Below the pieces are notes generated by a model. The model saw only the letters and a program-made list of their open reading frames with translations, was not told the origin of the DNA and did not search any database. The translations under genes and the position numbers were made by a program. A stretch of 64,000 bases of DNA, from positions 126,618 to 190,617 of the forward strand of contig CAINCQ010000024.1 in assembly GCA_903847095.1 (NCBI GenBank), in the 5' to 3' direction. Below, piece by piece: positions 47,063 to 55,792 of this stretch; position 1 is the stretch's first letter, and each line of letters opens with the position of its first letter. The DNA is from an uncultured bacterium. Lineage in GTDB: Bacteria > Patescibacteriota > Minisyncoccia > Minisyncoccales > UBA5738.

Positions 47063-47178
47063 TTGATTCCTCCGTATACAGTAATTATAGAACAAAATTT
47101 AAAAATGTCAAGGATAATTCAGGCTTTACATTCCCACTGGCCGTATTATCATTATTCCCAGTTTTATTAAAAAGAGGG

Positions 47179-47661
47179 TTGAAAACGGAAAGGCGGGAGA
47201 AAAGAAGACGTTTGCAATTGGAAGTCATCAAATCGCTGGCCGGGTTTTTCGAAAAAAATGTTTGTTGGCTGGCCGGCGGATGGGCAGTTGAGGCCATTAC
47301 CGGCGTCCGGTTTTTTCACGACGACATCGACCTGTATTTTTTGGACGAATTCCGGGGTTTGTTGCCGGCGGAGAACGATTTTCTGGACATCCATATTGTT
47401 TCGAAGAAGCCAGACGGTTCGTATCGGCAAGTTACGATGGGTGAGGTTTTGCGATTCTCGAGCCACGCGTTCGAACTGAAGCCGCGGATTATTGCCGGGC
47501 TGGAGGTGAGAACCGTATCGCCCGAACTGTTGTTCGCTTTTGCCGACGGTTCGCCCGACCCGCGTTTTCAGGAAAAACGGACTCTTCGGTTGCTCCGCGG
47601 CATAAATATGGAAAAGGTCGGAGGAATCATTCAATACCTGCCCGAAAAATCGATAAAATAG
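47179..47661 (+). CDS. Nucleotidyltransferase (lincosamide/aminoglycoside NTase-like, pol-beta superfamily)
   Basis: WLAGGWAVEA..HDDIDL motif and LDIH; start codon uncertain; terminator at 47664-47685. Confidence 0.7.
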   Translation: MKTERREKRRRLQLEVIKSLAGFFEKNVCWLAGGWAVEAITGVRFFHDDIDLYFLDEFRGLLPAENDFLDIHIVSKKPDGSYRQVTMGEVLRFSSHAFELKPRIIAGLEVRTVSPELLFAFADGSPDPRFQEKRTLRLLRGINMEKVGGIIQYLPEKSIK

Positions 47662-47772
47662 CGGCACCCAAGAAGGTGCTTTTTTGTACAACCGTTTAAA
47701 CAATATCAACGGTGAGATGCTTGATTTTCTGTCTCAATGGATTAAACTTAGGGGAAATTACTTTTTTGCGAT

Positions 47773-48891
47773 ATGGATTACGATAATTTCGGAGCAAATA
47801 TTTCGGCTGATGACGCGGTAATGGCAAAAATGGATAAAACCGGCTTTGGTCTGCCTTTCTACGATCCCGGCCGTCATTATAAGGATGTGGCGACAAAAGA
47901 CTATTTCTTCGCTTTGCTTACTTTAAGGCATTATATCAAGCTTGCCAGCGACCATTATTTCTCATCGATCGTCGGGGCCAAAAACGCGGATCTTTTCATG
48001 CTGACCCCGAGTATTTCTTCGCCGAGCGGTTCTGGTTCCGATTCGGCCGCGATCAAGATAAAATTCGGCGAACTGGATACTTATCTGGTCGATTCTTCAC
48101 AGTTCGGGTTCGAGCCTTTGCTGTTGAACCATTTTACGAAGGTTTATTGCTATCTTCCGTCAATGCGCGGTGAAGATCCCGATGCCCGGCATTTAAACCA
48201 ATTTTTCCATTGCGAGCTGGAAATGAGGGGAACACTGGACGATTTGGTTCCCGTGATCGAAGGCTACGTGAAATATCTTTGCGAAACCGTTCTCGCGATG
48301 GACGCCGTTATTGAACGGATCAGCGGGGATCCAGGCAAGACCCGGTCGGAGCTCAAGAAAGTCGTCCAAGCCGGATTGTTTCCGACAATATCTTTCGATG
48401 ACGCGGTAAAAACTTTGGCGGACAATAAACGATCGGAATGCGTCAATTATACGGACCAGGGCCGGGATATCAACAGCCGCGGCGAGATCGAGCTGATGAA
48501 GATACTTGGAACGGACGGGCCGGTCTGGCTGAAAAATTTCGACCGCGATCGCGTTCCGTTTTACCAAAAGCCGGATCCGGCCGATCCGGAGAAGACGATC
48601 AATGCCGACTTGCTTTTTCCGCCGCTTTTGGCGGAAGCCTTCGGAGGAGAAATCGCGGGAAGCGGCCAGCGGCAGGACGATCCGGCCCAGATGTACGGGT
48701 CTTTGAAAAGACAGGGTGTATCGTCGGAGCCTTATGAATGGTATATCGATCTGCGGAGAATGCCGGGTTATCTTTCCACGTCTGGATTTGGTTTGGGTAT
48801 CGAAAGGTTCCTGGCGTGGGCGCTGGCCAAGGAAAAGATCGGCGATGTGATCCCATATCCGCGTTTAAAAAACATTGAAACCAAGCCTTAA
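47773..48891 (+). CDS. Asn/Asp-tRNA-synthetase catalytic-domain paralog (AsnRS2/asparagine synthetase A-like), no anticodon domain
   Basis: LVDSSQFGFE, motif 2 SMRGEDPDARHLNQF, GEIAGSGQR, YEWYIDLR, motif 3 GFGLGIERF; only 372 aa. Confidence 0.88.
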   Translation: MDYDNFGANISADDAVMAKMDKTGFGLPFYDPGRHYKDVATKDYFFALLTLRHYIKLASDHYFSSIVGAKNADLFMLTPSISSPSGSGSDSAAIKIKFGELDTYLVDSSQFGFEPLLLNHFTKVYCYLPSMRGEDPDARHLNQFFHCELEMRGTLDDLVPVIEGYVKYLCETVLAMDAVIERISGDPGKTRSELKKVVQAGLFPTISFDDAVKTLADNKRSECVNYTDQGRDINSRGEIELMKILGTDGPVWLKNFDRDRVPFYQKPDPADPEKTINADLLFPPLLAEAFGGEIAGSGQRQDDPAQMYGSLKRQGVSSEPYEWYIDLRRMPGYLSTSGFGLGIERFLAWALAKEKIGDVIPYPRLKNIETKP

Positions 48892-48909
48892 ATCAAACGA
48901 CAGACCAAC

Positions 48910-49749
48910 ATGGACAAAAAAGAATTCAAAGATTTTTTCGAACCTTATTCAAAAAACGTCGATAATGCCAACACGCAGGCCTTTTGGAAATTGTCGGACG
49001 CGTTGATCTTGGAAATCATCAAGCAAAATATTCCGGCGGATGATTCCCGCGATAGCGTTATTTTTGATGCCGGCGGCGGAACGGGCCGATGGATTTGCGA
49101 TCTGGCCAAGGTTTATGAAGCCGATTTTATTTTATACGATCTATCCGAAGACATGCTGGCTGTGGCAAAAAACAATATCGCTAAAGCCGGGATTGAGCCG
49201 CGCGTAAATTTAATTCAAGGCGATCTGGCCGATATCAAATCGGTGCCGGATTCATCGGTTGACCACATTATCAGTATTTACAGTCCAATCAGTTTTATAG
49301 AAAAAAAAGAGAGAGCGGCGGCCGAGCTTTTCCGGATCTTAAAGAAAGGCGGTACAATATTGATAATGGGGCATGGATATTGCAACGCCCTGGCTTCAAA
49401 GATCAACAACTATGCGGCCGGGCCCCGGGAGCTGCGGCAAATTGCCGCCGGATCCATGGTTAAATGGGGCGATTCCGTACCCAAGCTCAATATATTTTCG
49501 CAGGAATCGATGGAGGCGCTGCTGGCGGATGCCGGTTTTACGCCGGTTCGCACTTACGGCGTGCCGGTGTTCGTCCAGCCTGGCAACGAGGATTTTGACG
49601 CGGCCAATTCCGCGAAGAGCCGTATTTCGGCAGCGCTGGAAGATCCCGCTTTTTATAACCAGGTATTTCAAACAGAAATGGAATTCAATTGTAAAAAAAC
49701 AATTGCCAACCGCGGAATGAACATATTCTCGGTGGCTAAAAAACAATGA
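48910..49749 (+). CDS. Class I SAM-dependent methyltransferase
   Basis: FDAGGGTG, DLSEDML, ELFRILKKGG. Confidence 0.92.
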   Translation: MDKKEFKDFFEPYSKNVDNANTQAFWKLSDALILEIIKQNIPADDSRDSVIFDAGGGTGRWICDLAKVYEADFILYDLSEDMLAVAKNNIAKAGIEPRVNLIQGDLADIKSVPDSSVDHIISIYSPISFIEKKERAAAELFRILKKGGTILIMGHGYCNALASKINNYAAGPRELRQIAAGSMVKWGDSVPKLNIFSQESMEALLADAGFTPVRTYGVPVFVQPGNEDFDAANSAKSRISAALEDPAFYNQVFQTEMEFNCKKTIANRGMNIFSVAKKQ

Positions 49750-50777
49750 TAAGTCCGATAATTCCCGATAAATTAAAAATTGGCGATACGATTGCGCTGG
49801 TGAGTCCATCGGCGGGTTTGGCTCCTTTTGCCATGCATCGTATCGATTCGGCGGTATCTTTTTTCAAAGATCAGGGCTTTAAAGTAAAGATCGCCAAAAA
49901 CGCTTTGCAGAATGCCGGCTATGTTTCGGCTACGGCCAAAGAGAGGGCCAAGGATTTGAATGAAGTTTTTGCCGATCCTAAAGTCAAATGCGTGATGACT
50001 ACGATCGGCGGGAACCATTCCAACCAAATCTTGCCGTTTATCGATTGGATTACGATCAAAAACAATCCTAAAATATTCATTGGCTATTCCGATATCACGG
50101 TGTTGCACAGCGCGATCTTTGCCCAAACCGGCTTGCAGACTTATTATGGACCGTGCGCGATGACCCAATTCGGCGAGAACCCGAAAGTGTTCGATTACAC
50201 GTGGGAAAATTTTAAACGGGTGTTGTTCGCGGGACCGGCCGAAAAAAAGATCGAGGTTAAGCCGTCGGAATTTTTTTGCGAAGATACGTCTTTGGATTGG
50301 TTTAAAAGAGAAGACTTAATCCGTCCGCGAAAGATCGAAAAAAACGGGGGCTGGGCTTGGTGGCGGGAGGGCCGCGCGGAAGGGAGAATCGCGGGCGGTT
50401 GTGTTCCTTCAATCAATCATTTGTTGGGGACTAAATATTGGAACGACCCGAGGGGCTCGGTTTTTTTCATCGATATTCCGGAAGGCGCGTCTTATGATTT
50501 GGGGTTGGCGGTCAGCGAAGCGGATTCTTGTTTGGCCGACTTGGCCAACGCCGGGGTTTTTGACGATATCGCCGGTTTGGTCGTCGGGCGGCCCTACCGG
50601 TATTCGGAAGAGGAATCAAAAAAGCTCCGGGAGATCATCATCGGATACGCGCAAAACAAGGATTATCCGATTCTCGCGAACGTCAATATCGGTCACGTTG
50701 ATCCTATTATTACCTTGCCTTACGGGGCGCCGGCCGTTCTGGATTCGGAAGCCGGCAGATTTAGTTTCGAGCACTAG
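49746..50777 (+). CDS. S66 family peptidase (MccF/LD-carboxypeptidase)
   Basis: GDTIALVSPS, IGGNHSNQ, FIGYSDIT nucleophile, E in IDIPE, IGHVDP. Confidence 0.92.
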   Translation: MISPIIPDKLKIGDTIALVSPSAGLAPFAMHRIDSAVSFFKDQGFKVKIAKNALQNAGYVSATAKERAKDLNEVFADPKVKCVMTTIGGNHSNQILPFIDWITIKNNPKIFIGYSDITVLHSAIFAQTGLQTYYGPCAMTQFGENPKVFDYTWENFKRVLFAGPAEKKIEVKPSEFFCEDTSLDWFKREDLIRPRKIEKNGGWAWWREGRAEGRIAGGCVPSINHLLGTKYWNDPRGSVFFIDIPEGASYDLGLAVSEADSCLADLANAGVFDDIAGLVVGRPYRYSEEESKKLREIIIGYAQNKDYPILANVNIGHVDPIITLPYGAPAVLDSEAGRFSFEH

Positions 50778-50814
50778 CCGTTTCCATTAAAAAAACCCCG
50801 GATTTTTTCCGAGG

Positions 50815-51924
50815 TTAAAATAGGCTGGCATAAAGCTGGGTGCCTAAACCGCTTACAAACAATCTTTCTTTTTGGTTACAGAGCAATTTCTTCATCCAGT
50901 CGCTGGCTCCTCCGTCTACGAGGGGATAGGTTGCGCCGCCGGAGTTTTTCGCGGTTATTTTAAAACAGAGGCCGCGATAGTATCCGATGCCGGCGCAACG
51001 GGCGAGGTTGTATTGGAACCGGATGTCCGGATACGCGAGGCGCATGGTTTCGATTTCTTTTTCTTCCAGCAGCTTGAGCCGTTTAAGTTCGTGTCCGATT
51101 TTTGATTTTGAGCTTGTTGGCATCGGCAATTTTTCGGTGATTTCGGGCAGGTCGATGCCGTACTGCTCAAACGGATGGAAGTCCGGATCTTGCGTCCGCC
51201 GCATCAATTCTTTTTTTTCAACCGAGCCTTGCGCCGCCAGTTGTTCTATGATGTTGATATTGGAGACAGCCACCGTGATTTCTTTTGGCGCGTAGCCCAG
51301 TCTTCTCGAATTCTGCAAAAATCGGATCCAGATCTCCAAATGGGCGGCCAGCGATACGGCGGCAAAATTTTCGCGTCCGTAATTCTTACCCGAACTGGCC
51401 AGGCAAAATGATCTGAAGTGAGGTTTGAAACCGGATTTATCGGTGAACAATTGCAGCCGCAAGGAGCGGTGGCTCGTAGCCAAATGTATTTCTTCGATGT
51501 CGTTTTGCTGCCTTCTTTTGCGGGCGCATTCCAACGCCAGCGCGGTGGTCGGGTCGGCGTTCACTTCGACGCTTCGGATGGTTTCCAGAACCACTTTGGG
51601 GCTGATCTTTGTCAGGGCGCAGTTTGAACCGATAGCGCTCACCGGCGATAATTCGATATCTTCGAACCGGTCCGGCAATATCTTATAAATCAAAGAGTCG
51701 ATTTCCAACAAGTCTCTCTGTCCGGTATTGGCCGGCTGGCACAAACGGTTATTCTCGTAATTTTTTATTACGTCCAGCGGGGTAAGTTTGGCGACCTTTT
51801 TTTCCATAATAGGGAGAAGCAAGGTCGTAAGGTCCCGCCAAGATAGTTGTCCCGCTGTTTTTATGACCGGGTAGCCGTTGAACGGCTCCAGTATCCTTTC
51901 CAGGATCTTTTTTTTATTCATCAT
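50815..51924 (-). CDS. Uncharacterised protein with class II aaRS-like motifs
   Basis: ADPTTALA, HRSLRLQ..HFRSF, GIGYYRGLCFKI, LVDGG, VSGLGTQL resemble HisRS-like motifs 1-3. Confidence 0.6.
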   Translation of the reverse strand: MMNKKKILERILEPFNGYPVIKTAGQLSWRDLTTLLLPIMEKKVAKLTPLDVIKNYENNRLCQPANTGQRDLLEIDSLIYKILPDRFEDIELSPVSAIGSNCALTKISPKVVLETIRSVEVNADPTTALALECARKRRQQNDIEEIHLATSHRSLRLQLFTDKSGFKPHFRSFCLASSGKNYGRENFAAVSLAAHLEIWIRFLQNSRRLGYAPKEITVAVSNINIIEQLAAQGSVEKKELMRRTQDPDFHPFEQYGIDLPEITEKLPMPTSSKSKIGHELKRLKLLEEKEIETMRLAYPDIRFQYNLARCAGIGYYRGLCFKITAKNSGGATYPLVDGGASDWMKKLLCNQKERLFVSGLGTQLYASLF

Positions 51925-52075
51925 CTTCACTTCCTTTGGCTTTAAATGACAAGGTGCTTTTGTTGGTAACGATAATAGACCAAACATAAACCAAGTCAAG
52001 AAAAAATAATGGCCGTAAGCTTGACGCAATACTATTATTATGATTTAATAATTTGGAATCGAGGAGTGTGTTAAA

Positions 52076-52387
52076 GTGAGTCTTAAAGAAGGAATCGAGA
52101 AAGTTTTGGCCCTGCCTAATGCCGGGCGCGAAAGCGTAAACTTGGATGATCCGGAACACCAAGCGCTTGACGCCGACGGATTTCATTATTTAATGAATGA
52201 TGTGCGCAGCCGGAACGATATCGCCTTGGAAGCGTACGCCGTGGAAAGTATGCATGTGATATTAAGCGCCATACCCGGAATAGAATACAAGACGGCGCGT
52301 GCGTACGGCGAAGGTCTGAAGCGTATCCCGGAACAAGAGGGAGTTGTGAGTTTCTGGGTCAGGAGAAAGAAAGCACCTAAACAATAG
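52076..52387 (+). CDS. Hypothetical protein (ORFan)
   Basis: TTGACG-17nt-TTTAAT at 52021-52049; GAGGAG RBS. Confidence 0.6.
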   Translation: MSLKEGIEKVLALPNAGRESVNLDDPEHQALDADGFHYLMNDVRSRNDIALEAYAVESMHVILSAIPGIEYKTARAYGEGLKRIPEQEGVVSFWVRRKKAPKQ

Positions 52388-52396
52388 GAGGCTAAA

Positions 52397-52885
52397 ATGA
52401 AATTATTGCTGGAGCTGAGGGAAAACCGGTATTTTTCCGAAGAGAAGATCAAGGAACTTTACCGTCTTGTCAGAGAAATGGGATTGAAAGAAACGAACTT
52501 CCGGGAGCTTCGCGTGAGGCTGATATATCCGTCTAAAAACGCGGAGGGTAACCCCGGAGTTCCTTCGGAAAAAATCGTTTTCCAGGGAAAGTACCGGGAA
52601 ATTTACAGCGATGATACCTTGGCCAATGTTTGTACCCTTAGCGTGGTATTGCAGATAATCGGTGAAGAAATTTTCGGATCGTTTAACATAATCGATCCCT
52701 TGCATCCGGATAAATTCATCGCCAAAACCGAGAATATGCCCTATGGGGAGCTTTTAAAAATTCTCGCTAAGGCGCAAGACATCGGGGCGTTGCCCTGGGA
52801 GGCGAGATCAAGATGGCACAGGTATGATGGATGGAAATCGCTTTTGGGCAAAGTCCAGCATATTGACGACAGGAATGTTCAATAA
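52397..52885 (+). CDS. Hypothetical protein (ORFan)
   Basis: AGGAGG RBS; co-oriented with the previous gene; terminator at 52890-52912. Confidence 0.65.
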   Translation: MKLLLELRENRYFSEEKIKELYRLVREMGLKETNFRELRVRLIYPSKNAEGNPGVPSEKIVFQGKYREIYSDDTLANVCTLSVVLQIIGEEIFGSFNIIDPLHPDKFIAKTENMPYGELLKILAKAQDIGALPWEARSRWHRYDGWKSLLGKVQHIDDRNVQ

Positions 52886-53053
52886 TCAAGCGGATCAAAA
52901 AATCCGTTTTTTATTTTCGGTCTTTGGTCGGCCGGATTCCCGGGAGGCCGGATCTTCACGGGTTTGCGTCTTAGTGCTTGACAAAATAATAGTATACTGT
53001 TATGTTATTATTTGTTTCCGCCCGGTATGGCGGACGAAAAAGGAGTGTCAAAA

Positions 53054-53698
53054 ATGTCAGAGAAAGAGAAGGAAAAGAAAACAACGTTTGGCGGTATAAG
53101 GATAACGACTGAGTCAGAGAAAAAAGAAGACCCATTCGATAAGCTCTTCGATCTGGGTAAAGAGCGACCGGAAGCAGAAGAGGGGGAGGAGAAGGAGGAA
53201 GAAAGTCCTTTCCAGAAACAGCTCACCGGGATCCTGGATCTCCTCGGGAACATCGACGGGATGCCAGCGGAGATGCTCCAGGCTATGATTGAACCGGCCT
53301 ACGGCAGCATATCCGAAAAGGTCAAACCGCTTCTCGAGCTCCTGCCAATTTTGACGGAACTGGTTGGTAAAGACCTGGATCCGCTGATCCTTGCGGCTCT
53401 CAAGCTTTCCAACAATTCGGGGGAAAGCCCAGAAGTCAAAGCTGAACGCAAGATCAACCGGAAGCTTAAAGCGGAGGAAAGGAAGGAGCGATACGACGCC
53501 TATTTCCAGGTCGGATTCACGGAGGACCAGGCGATGACGTTGCTACTCAACGATATCGCCCGCAGCTCCGGCGGCCTGGTCGCGCAGTTTGCCTCAAAGG
53601 CTGCCGCATCGGCAGTAAGCGATGCATCGAATCCAGTGGTCAAAATCGTTAAGAACCAGGCAAAAGAAAAGATTCCAAGAAGCAGGGGTAAAAAATAG
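53054..53698 (+). CDS. Hypothetical acidic helical protein
   Basis: TTGACA promoter at 52978; AAGGAG RBS; YDAYFQVGFTEDQAMTLL motif. Confidence 0.65.
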   Translation: MSEKEKEKKTTFGGIRITTESEKKEDPFDKLFDLGKERPEAEEGEEKEEESPFQKQLTGILDLLGNIDGMPAEMLQAMIEPAYGSISEKVKPLLELLPILTELVGKDLDPLILAALKLSNNSGESPEVKAERKINRKLKAEERKERYDAYFQVGFTEDQAMTLLLNDIARSSGGLVAQFASKAAASAVSDASNPVVKIVKNQAKEKIPRSRGKK

Positions 53699-54026
53699 GT
53701 CCTTAAAAAGGACAACCAGACAGGCAGATTAATGCCTGTTTTTTCGTTACCGGCCGGGGTATTTCCGGCGTTTTTTTGTCCAGATTTGAAAACCGGCGGG
53801 AAACCGGCTTTGGCTTTAAATATAAAATAAGAGCAATAAATCGAAATAAATACTATTAGCAGGCCGGAGAAGAGAGTGGGCCAAGCAGTCACTTTTCGCA
53901 AAAGATTATCCGTAAATATTGTATTTACTTTATTGCAGACCGCGTTCCGGTGCTTTCCAAACGGCTTGTATTGACAGAGTTATATTTTTATGATTAAATA
54001 TAAACAAAAGCCGGCAAATTTCGGGA

Positions 54027-54416
54027 GTGATTAAAGTGACAGAAAACAAAAAGGATGCAGGAACAGAAAAGACATTGGCAAGAGGAAAGATTATGGAAAA
54101 TAAGGTCTACGCGGCAGCAGTGATCGGTTTCATTTTAGGCGTAGCGCTGACGGCAGTTTTCTTCATGGGGTCCCAGCATTATCAAGCTACAGAGGAGTTG
54201 AGGATGGCGGGGATCGTAATTTCGGATCTGCCCAGCCAGACGATAATTGATTTCCCGAAAGAGGAAACCGAGTTAGTCCGGTTTAAAGAGGGCGGAAGAA
54301 TCGATCTCGTTGCCAAGAGCCGCAATGGCGTATTTTTGGCCAGGACGCTAAACGGTAGCTCTCGGCTGCCATTGGCATACGTGATTACCTGGGAAATCCC
54401 AGCAACCGCAGCTTGA
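54027..54416 (+). CDS. Hypothetical membrane-anchored protein
   Basis: One TM helix; TTGACA promoter at 53971; true start may be the ATG at 54093. Confidence 0.55.
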   Translation: MIKVTENKKDAGTEKTLARGKIMENKVYAAAVIGFILGVALTAVFFMGSQHYQATEELRMAGIVISDLPSQTIIDFPKEETELVRFKEGGRIDLVAKSRNGVFLARTLNGSSRLPLAYVITWEIPATAA

Positions 54417-54434
54417 TCGGTTAGAGGTTAAGGA

Positions 54435-54668
54435 ATGAAAATAGAATTCTTGCCGCCTCCGGACAAAACGCTCTTCTTTATCGGTTTCGCCAAAATTCCC
54501 GTTTTCGTTCGGGGCAGAATTCTTATGAAAAGATTTGGCAAGGCTTATGCGACAAGCTCCGTCATAGAGGAGATTAAAAAGAGAAGGCCGAGCCGGATAA
54601 GAAAAAGGAGATTTCTGCTGGGTTTTGAAACGGAAGTGGTCTATCGCGGCGGTATCCGCCGCGTGTAA
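54435..54668 (+). CDS. Small basic hypothetical protein
   Basis: Co-oriented 77-aa ORF with a GAGG/AAGGA RBS. Confidence 0.4.
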   Translation: MKIEFLPPPDKTLFFIGFAKIPVFVRGRILMKRFGKAYATSSVIEEIKKRRPSRIRKRRFLLGFETEVVYRGGIRRV

Positions 54669-54852
54669 GGAAGAAGCCTGTCTACGCGGAGTGGGAGGAA
54701 GAATATTGAGTCCAGTCGCATCGCGGCTGGTTTTTTGTTACCAAAAAAGCGTTTTGGAAGTGTGGAAAACCGTTGATGGATATTTTTTCTCCGTTCACGT
54801 ATAATCGAGGATAACGCGAGCGTATTTTTTTACGCCACCAAGAAGCGGAATC

Positions 54853-55767
54853 ATGAAAATCAAAGAAATAAGCCCGAATATTTGGAATTTTAAGGTGGTT
54901 GGCGGGCAAGACGCGTGGCAAGAGGTGGCTTATTCGGCGCGCATGAGCGGCGTTCCCGAATCGATTCCCGGCGAGCAAATTTTTACGATGATCTTGGAAA
55001 ACGATTACAGCTCGGCGTTGGAGCACGTGATCATCAAATTCGATCTTAAGATGAGCAAGGGCAACGCTCCCGAGTTGCTTGAGCATCGTATGGCCAGCCA
55101 TAGCGGTTTTTCGACCCGTTATATCGCGGCCAGCAAGGGAATGTTGCAGGGGCAATCCGGCCAAAAAGATCTTCTTTTGGAGTTTAAGCAGGAAGACGAA
55201 CTTCATGAGGTGATTATTCCGTGGCATTTGTTATCGGGCCGGCCCGAATTTGAAAAAGAAAAGGAGCGGCTTTTTGAAGCCATCGAAGAAAGCATTATTT
55301 CTTACGAAAGCATGCTTAACCGGGGAATTCCGCGCGAGTTGGCTCGGTACGCGTTGCCGTTTTGCCAGGCGGTGGGTATTTACCATTTTACGATTAACTT
55401 AAGATCGCTTTTAAACTTTTTATCTTTGAGACTATGCGTGCGCGCTTCGGTGGAAATGAGATGTTTGGCCGCGCAACTTTATTTTGCCCTGGAAAAAGAG
55501 TTGCCTATTTTGAAGGGGATGATCGGATGCCGCGGATTTATGCGCGGCGTTTGTCCCGAAAGCGGCGTTACCGGCGTGCGAGTCGGAAAACCGCTTACTT
55601 ATTATCCTGTTTGTCCTTTTCGCGCGGAGGGCAGTAAAACTTATATTCCCACCCAGAAAGAATTTTTAAAAAATGGAAAGGTTGGCGGTTTTGACCCGGA
55701 GGCCGCCCAAAAAATAAGGGAAGTTATTTATTGGCAATGGACCGAGTGGGGCGGAGTAGCGGGTTAA
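54853..55767 (+). CDS. thyX: FAD-dependent thymidylate synthase
   Basis: SALEH, variant ThyX motif EHRMASHSGFSTRY, PRELARYALP, NLRSLLNFLSLR, CPE. Confidence 0.9.
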   Translation: MKIKEISPNIWNFKVVGGQDAWQEVAYSARMSGVPESIPGEQIFTMILENDYSSALEHVIIKFDLKMSKGNAPELLEHRMASHSGFSTRYIAASKGMLQGQSGQKDLLLEFKQEDELHEVIIPWHLLSGRPEFEKEKERLFEAIEESIISYESMLNRGIPRELARYALPFCQAVGIYHFTINLRSLLNFLSLRLCVRASVEMRCLAAQLYFALEKELPILKGMIGCRGFMRGVCPESGVTGVRVGKPLTYYPVCPFRAEGSKTYIPTQKEFLKNGKVGGFDPEAAQKIREVIYWQWTEWGGVAG

Positions 55768-55792
55768 TGAAAATCACCACACGGGGAATTTT

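Noticed and set aside
47690-47772. Microcin C-type precursor peptide upstream of the AsnRS-paralog operon
   Set aside because: No short ORF ending in Asn with an RBS and no ThiF/MccB adenylase in the window
47773-48891. Housekeeping asnS
   Set aside because: Lacks the N-terminal OB-fold anticodon-binding domain and is too short, so no gene symbol was given
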